A stretch of 38,380 nt of DNA from Candidatus Staskawiczbacteria bacterium (GTDB lineage: Bacteria; Patescibacteriota; Minisyncoccia; Minisyncoccales; Staskawiczbacteraceae), in assembly GCA_903885445.1 (NCBI GenBank), contig CAISIO010000029.1, positions 1 to 38,380 on the forward strand, written 5' to 3'. Shown piece after piece: positions 34,901-38,380 of the stretch. Numbering within the stretch: position 1 is the first letter of the stretch; the number at the start of each line of letters is the position of its first letter. A model generated the notes under the pieces. That model worked only from the letters and a program-made list of their open reading frames with translations, was not told where the DNA came from and made no database searches. Made by a program: the position numbers and the translations under genes.

Positions 34901-37645
34901 AATATCGCGGGCAGTTCGGCCTTAACGGTCACAGTCCCAGATGCTGACAAAACAAACGCGGCCTTGGCGCTAACAAAAGGCGACTCAGGTTCAACTATCA
35001 AGTACGTCAAAGGTTCTCAGCCTAGCGTTGATGGCGACTACACTGGCACCTACTCTCAAGGCAGCACAACCATCACCGTAGTCAACAACGACATCATCTG
35101 GTTATTGGTAACCGCGGCAGACACGACAACCAAGCTGTATTACAAGATTACGGTTACGGTCAATGCGCCACTCGTAACAGATATTACAACTGCAGGCGTG
35201 ACTGGATTTGTGGCTCCGGCAACAGGTGGAACGCCTCAAGTGTTCGGAAACTTAACAGCAGGCTCAGTACAATATACTGTTACGGGTTTAACATGGTCTC
35301 CAACTGATAATCCTTTCCACGCATCAACAGCTTATACAGCCACAGTCGTGCTTACTTCCGCTGCAATTTACAAGTTTCCGACAGGAAACATAGCATCTCC
35401 GACTGCTGATGTCGGAACAGTAAACAGCATAGGCACAACCAGCGGTGGTGATGTGTCGGGCAACCATCTCACATTCACAGTGCTGTTCCCGGCAACGGCT
35501 GCCAAAATTACTCCAACTCTTTCAGTCACCAATTCGCCCGTAACTTACAATGCATCTCAGCAGACAGCCACAGTTTCAGGTTCGGTTGCAGGAACTGTAA
35601 GTAATGTTGAATATTCAGGTTCTCTGACTGTTCCAACTAATGCCGGCACCTACGCAATTACAGCTGACTTTGCTCCGACAGATTCCACAAATTATAACTC
35701 GTTGACCGGAGCATCGGCAGGAAACTTTGTTATCAGCAAAGCCACCCAATCAACATTAACCTTTGCGGGCCGGACCGTTACTTCTCCTGCAACCTTTTCA
35801 GCTCTTTCAACGACCGGCGGTTCTGGAACCGGAGTTGTCTCGTACGCTGTCACAACAGCAGGAACAGCAGGTTGCAGTATTGTCGGAACCACGCTTTCGT
35901 ATACATCAGCTGGAACATGCGGAGTCACAGCAACCAAAGCCGCTGACTCAAATTATAATTCAGCTTCATCATCTGAAGCTACGTTTACAATTAACGCAGC
36001 GCTGAATTCAGCTAAATCAATTACAGCATTCAGTTTTCAGGGGTTGAGTCCGGCGGTCACAGCAATAATCAACGGGACAAATATTACCGCAACTTTTCCG
36101 TTCGGCACAACAATCACTAATCTTGTGGCAACATTTACAACCACTGGCTCGTCAGTTGCAGTCGGCGCAACACCGCAAACAAGCGGAACAACGGCAAACA
36201 ATTTCACAAGTCCGATCACTTATACAGTTACCGCCGAGAACTCAACTACACAAGATTATACGGTTACTATTAATGTGATTGCTTCGTTGGTTATTTCCGA
36301 CGTTCTATCTGTCCCAAATTCTTCGGGGGCAGTTATTACCTGGACAACTAACGAAAACTTATCTTCTAAAGCTGACTATGGATTAACAACTTCCTACGGC
36401 GATTCAACGGCAGAAACAGACACATCAACAAGAGTCGCTAGCCACTCAGTATCTCTGTCCGGCCTTTCTGCTTGTACAACTTACCATTATCGCGTTCGGT
36501 CACGAGACGCGGCTGCTAATGAAATAGTCGATAATGACAATACTTTTACAACTACAGGTTGTGTCGGCTCTGCGCCGGTGACCGCTACTGCGACGGAGCA
36601 AATTAATAAAGCTACAGGAGGAACATTAACGTTAGAAGACGGTAGCTCTCATGGATTAACATTAACCGTTCCAGCTTTGTTTGCCGGATCCGACGCCAAC
36701 TTTCAGGCTCATCAATTAGACAAAGCGACGGTTTTAGCAACAACAGCTAGTCCGGCTGGATACTCTGCTGCCAGCAACCATATCTATGAATTAAAATCAT
36801 TGGCTGATAACGCAACAACCATTTCTACTTTTAGTAATGCGCTGACGGTTAGCATTTCCTACGGAGCTAGCGATATTGTTGGTTTAGATGAGTCAACCTT
36901 AAAAATATACCGATATGACGGCAGCAGCTGGAGCCAATTAACCGGGTGCACAGGGGATACGAGCGCGAAAACGGTTACTTGCACCACTACCAATTTCTCC
37001 GTGTTTGGGCTTTTTGGAGTAGCCGTAGCAAGCACAAGCGTTACCTCCGGGGGAGCCGCGTTGCCAGAGGGGTCATGGAATAAACCCGTAGCTCCCATAA
37101 ATGGGTTTGGAATCATGATCAATAATGGAGAAAAACAAACCAGTTCGACTAAGGTTATTCTAACTCTTGTTGGCGGACCAGACACCGTTAACATGGCAAT
37201 CTCTGATACAATTAATTTTATTAATTCATGGCAAGAGCCATACTCGTTAAAAAAATCTTGGACATTGCCAAGCGGTCAGGGGTTGAAAACGGTTTTTGTA
37301 AAATTTTATACAAAATGGGGTCAGTCATCTGATCCGGTTTCTGCGAGTATTATTCTAGCGAATGTAACCTCAGCGAACACAATTTTAAATCCATCATTAT
37401 CACCAGGGCTATTCACTCAAGCCCTACAATATGGTTCGAATAATAAGCAAGTTGTCTTACTTCAAGATACTCTGAAAAAATTAGGGTTTTTTCCTCAATC
37501 TATAAAATCCAATGGTAACTTCGGGCCAGCCACCCTTAAGGCTGTGCAATCCTTTCAGGTAAAATATAACATCGCAAAGCTAGGCGTTGTGGGTTACGGC
37601 CAAGTTGGGCCTAAAACTAGGTCGTTCTTGAATCAACTAAAATAG
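31922..37645 (+). CDS. Giant multidomain surface protein: SGNH hydrolase, two Ig-like (Big_5-type) domains, DUF2341-like, LamG-like, MBG-like, FN3-like, C-terminal peptidoglycan-binding domain; true 5' end lies upstream across the GA tract
   Basis: GDS/GVND/DGVH SGNH blocks; repeated STLSPxDNA..WNFTT; LTDFPLRV..DIRFT; GVWHLDE..IDEFRIS; TTYHYRVRS; LQDTLKKLG..GNFGPATLKAVQSFQ; the frame is open upstream of 31922 and encodes a signal peptide. Confidence 0.85.
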   Translation: MPSLVLAYPEIPQNSDLVVAGPYDTAASGAGNWGCAGCLPGEYRYFVTIGQKYRIRENGTISRVRIYTYLKTNVTGFYIDVWRKNGSNYDLVGTSENIIDSLVSADYATIDLASPISGVQEGDYYGYHMTFSAGSSSAFFARTSVSGVTTYYATNSTPNSTNYNWTGQSSLAGAVLPIELYMTAPQFAFIGDSIIAGHPGHYSFLEATATTNIASTIENQFGALGSYTYQNMGIGSQTTTNIAARFTNDIINLHPTVVVLEGGVNDIAGGAAKSTFISNWTTMLAAAQASSSVQYILVLKILPWTNGTNTQMQTRDDWNASLVALASSYSKAIVVDASTYVGEFRAGGDAGNLWNIQAIYNADGVHFNQAGHGQVALALGEALNNIGPTISTLSPVDNATGVDMDTNLVITFDRVVIPQAGADNNIVIKKTSDNSTIETIDAESAQVTGSGTATITINSSVTLDPSTSYYVQIGVDAFDDASGNSFVGISNTTTWNFTTVDIENPLVSTLSPADNAVSVDVSANLVITFDEAVTPQAGANNDIIIKKSSDNSTVETIDAQSAQVTGSGTATITINPSITLASATDYYVQIGADAFDDTSGNSFVGISNTTTWNFTTGAGPLDGFLYYKQITVSNANIDAVLTDFPLRVYISADSDMGAVTRDDGYDIRFTAPDQATILPYQRETWSGGNGSAVTANFWVKTTLNADNNTATNDTIYVYYGKSDAIDGQDAADGDNDVWNSNFAGVWHLDETATDEGTVAGLHADSTSNNKDGSQSGNTNTVGKISNAQDFDGINDVIEINSAYNSADITVSWWSNCAISNPTAEGILAIYRQASGDSLWGYHWNLVTSGVYIVYRDASTNTFYKRILDSSITQADWHYYSVAWDETAKTFTLYVDGVVQSGVGTGNPDFPTTLATTRLGYSHENWPGDVNIDEFRISSIVRPVAWTKFEYRNMGVAGNDINFGDQTSTASTDATISAGTLASQTISGTFTGGANIAGSSALTVTVPDADKTNAALALTKGDSGSTIKYVKGSQPSVDGDYTGTYSQGSTTITVVNNDIIWLLVTAADTTTKLYYKITVTVNAPLVTDITTAGVTGFVAPATGGTPQVFGNLTAGSVQYTVTGLTWSPTDNPFHASTAYTATVVLTSAAIYKFPTGNIASPTADVGTVNSIGTTSGGDVSGNHLTFTVLFPATAAKITPTLSVTNSPVTYNASQQTATVSGSVAGTVSNVEYSGSLTVPTNAGTYAITADFAPTDSTNYNSLTGASAGNFVISKATQSTLTFAGRTVTSPATFSALSTTGGSGTGVVSYAVTTAGTAGCSIVGTTLSYTSAGTCGVTATKAADSNYNSASSSEATFTINAALNSAKSITAFSFQGLSPAVTAIINGTNITATFPFGTTITNLVATFTTTGSSVAVGATPQTSGTTANNFTSPITYTVTAENSTTQDYTVTINVIASLVISDVLSVPNSSGAVITWTTNENLSSKADYGLTTSYGDSTAETDTSTRVASHSVSLSGLSACTTYHYRVRSRDAAANEIVDNDNTFTTTGCVGSAPVTATATEQINKATGGTLTLEDGSSHGLTLTVPALFAGSDANFQAHQLDKATVLATTASPAGYSAASNHIYELKSLADNATTISTFSNALTVSISYGASDIVGLDESTLKIYRYDGSSWSQLTGCTGDTSAKTVTCTTTNFSVFGLFGVAVASTSVTSGGAALPEGSWNKPVAPINGFGIMINNGEKQTSSTKVILTLVGGPDTVNMAISDTINFINSWQEPYSLKKSWTLPSGQGLKTVFVKFYTKWGQSSDPVSASIILANVTSANTILNPSLSPGLFTQALQYGSNNKQVVLLQDTLKKLGFFPQSIKSNGNFGPATLKAVQSFQVKYNIAKLGVVGYGQVGPKTRSFLNQLK
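33249..33646 (+). repeat. Direct DNA repeat from a duplicated Ig domain
   Basis: Identical 47-mer AAAGCGCGCAGG...ACCATTAAT at 33249-33295 and 33600-33646 (351-nt spacing, 117 aa). Confidence 0.9.
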
Positions 37646-37676
37646 CCCCTCCGCCGCCAATTAAAAAATAACAACT

Positions 37677-37702
37677 AAAAACCAGCCATTCGGCTGGTTT
37701 TT
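37677..37702. terminator. Bidirectional terminator
   Basis: AAAAACCAGCC-ATTC-GGCTGGTTTTT between convergent genes. Confidence 0.85.
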
Positions 37703-37715
37703 GTTTAGTTTCCTT

Positions 37716-38276
37716 TTAGACGCGCTTTACGTATTCACCGCTATCGGTGTTGACTTCTATTACGTCGCCCTCTTCTACAAACAAAGGGACCTGAATAACT
37801 GCTCCTGATTCTAATGTTGCTTCTTTTGTTCCGGCTTGGGCGCGGTCTCCCTTTAGTCCGGGAGCTGTTTCTTTGACCTTCAAAGTAACTTTTATTGGCA
37901 ATTTGAATGTAATTATTTTTTCTTCAAAAACGATTCCGACAACTAATTCATTCGGTCGTAAAAATTTTGCCTGGGTGCCGATTTGCGCCTCGGTGAAAGA
38001 AAATCTTTCTGACGGATTTTTTGGGTTGCAGAAAAAGTATTGTTCTTTTGTTGTGTAAAGATATTTTATTTCACGCTTTTCTAAATCAGCTTCGTCAAAA
38101 ACATCTCCCTGCTGGAAGTTTTTTTCCTGGACTCTTCCGTCTATAAGATTTCTTATTTTGCTTTGGATAACCGGGCGCCTTTGGGCTGTTTTCATCATGC
38201 TGGCCTCCACAACTTCCCATGGCTGGCCCTCAAAAATAAATTGTATTCCCGGATGCAAATCTGTGTGTGACAACAT
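37716..38276 (-). CDS. efp: Translation elongation factor P
   Basis: SKIRNL, PGLKGD, KEATLESGAVIQVPLFVEEGD, GEYVKRV. Confidence 0.95.
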   Translation of the reverse strand: MLSHTDLHPGIQFIFEGQPWEVVEASMMKTAQRRPVIQSKIRNLIDGRVQEKNFQQGDVFDEADLEKREIKYLYTTKEQYFFCNPKNPSERFSFTEAQIGTQAKFLRPNELVVGIVFEEKIITFKLPIKVTLKVKETAPGLKGDRAQAGTKEATLESGAVIQVPLFVEEGDVIEVNTDSGEYVKRV

Positions 38277-38295
38277 GTTTTTTATATTTTATTTT

Positions 38296-38380
38296 TTATT
38301 TATCTATTATTTTCCACTCAATCGTGGATTGTTTATCGGCAAATTCCAACCATTCGCCGTATTTTGAAATTACAAACCAT
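38296..38380 (-). CDS. 3' end of an upstream gene (partial)
   Basis: Open frame WFVISKYGEWLEFADKQSTIEWKIIDK* running in from the window edge. Confidence 0.35.
   Translation of the reverse strand, partial: WFVISKYGEWLEFADKQSTIEWKIIDK

Overview
AT-rich bacterial chromosomal window whose gene set and style point to Patescibacteria/CPR, most likely Parcubacteria. This is an inference from the short mraZ-rsmH-ftsL-PBP cluster, the membrane-anchored Clp-like ATPase, the VirD4-like ATPase, the scarcity of Shine-Dalgarno motifs and tRNAs without encoded CCA. Housekeeping content: mltG, rplJ-rplL with an L10 leader, tRNA-Val(CAC), tRNA-Glu(CTC), mraZ/rsmH/ftsL-like/PBP, transporters, rmuC, rplU, spoVG-like, prmC, a MacAB-type ABC exporter and efp. 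Accessory content: an ice-binding (DUF3494) LPxTG protein with a class F sortase, two GC-rich single-gene units (an ORFan and a lone purC), and a ~1.9k-aa surface protein. Most notable observations: (1) a (GA)11 tract between two staggered ATGs and the giant protein's signal peptide, which looks like a phase-variation switch now in its only OFF register; (2) a family of 20-24 nt palindromes inserted in frame in at least three unrelated genes; (3) two GC-rich genes packaged with AT-rich promoters and similar 3' terminator modules; (4) an LPNTG sorting motif with no membrane anchor. No CRISPR array, transposase, integrase or rRNA was seen. All product calls come from motif recognition by eye; no database searches were run.
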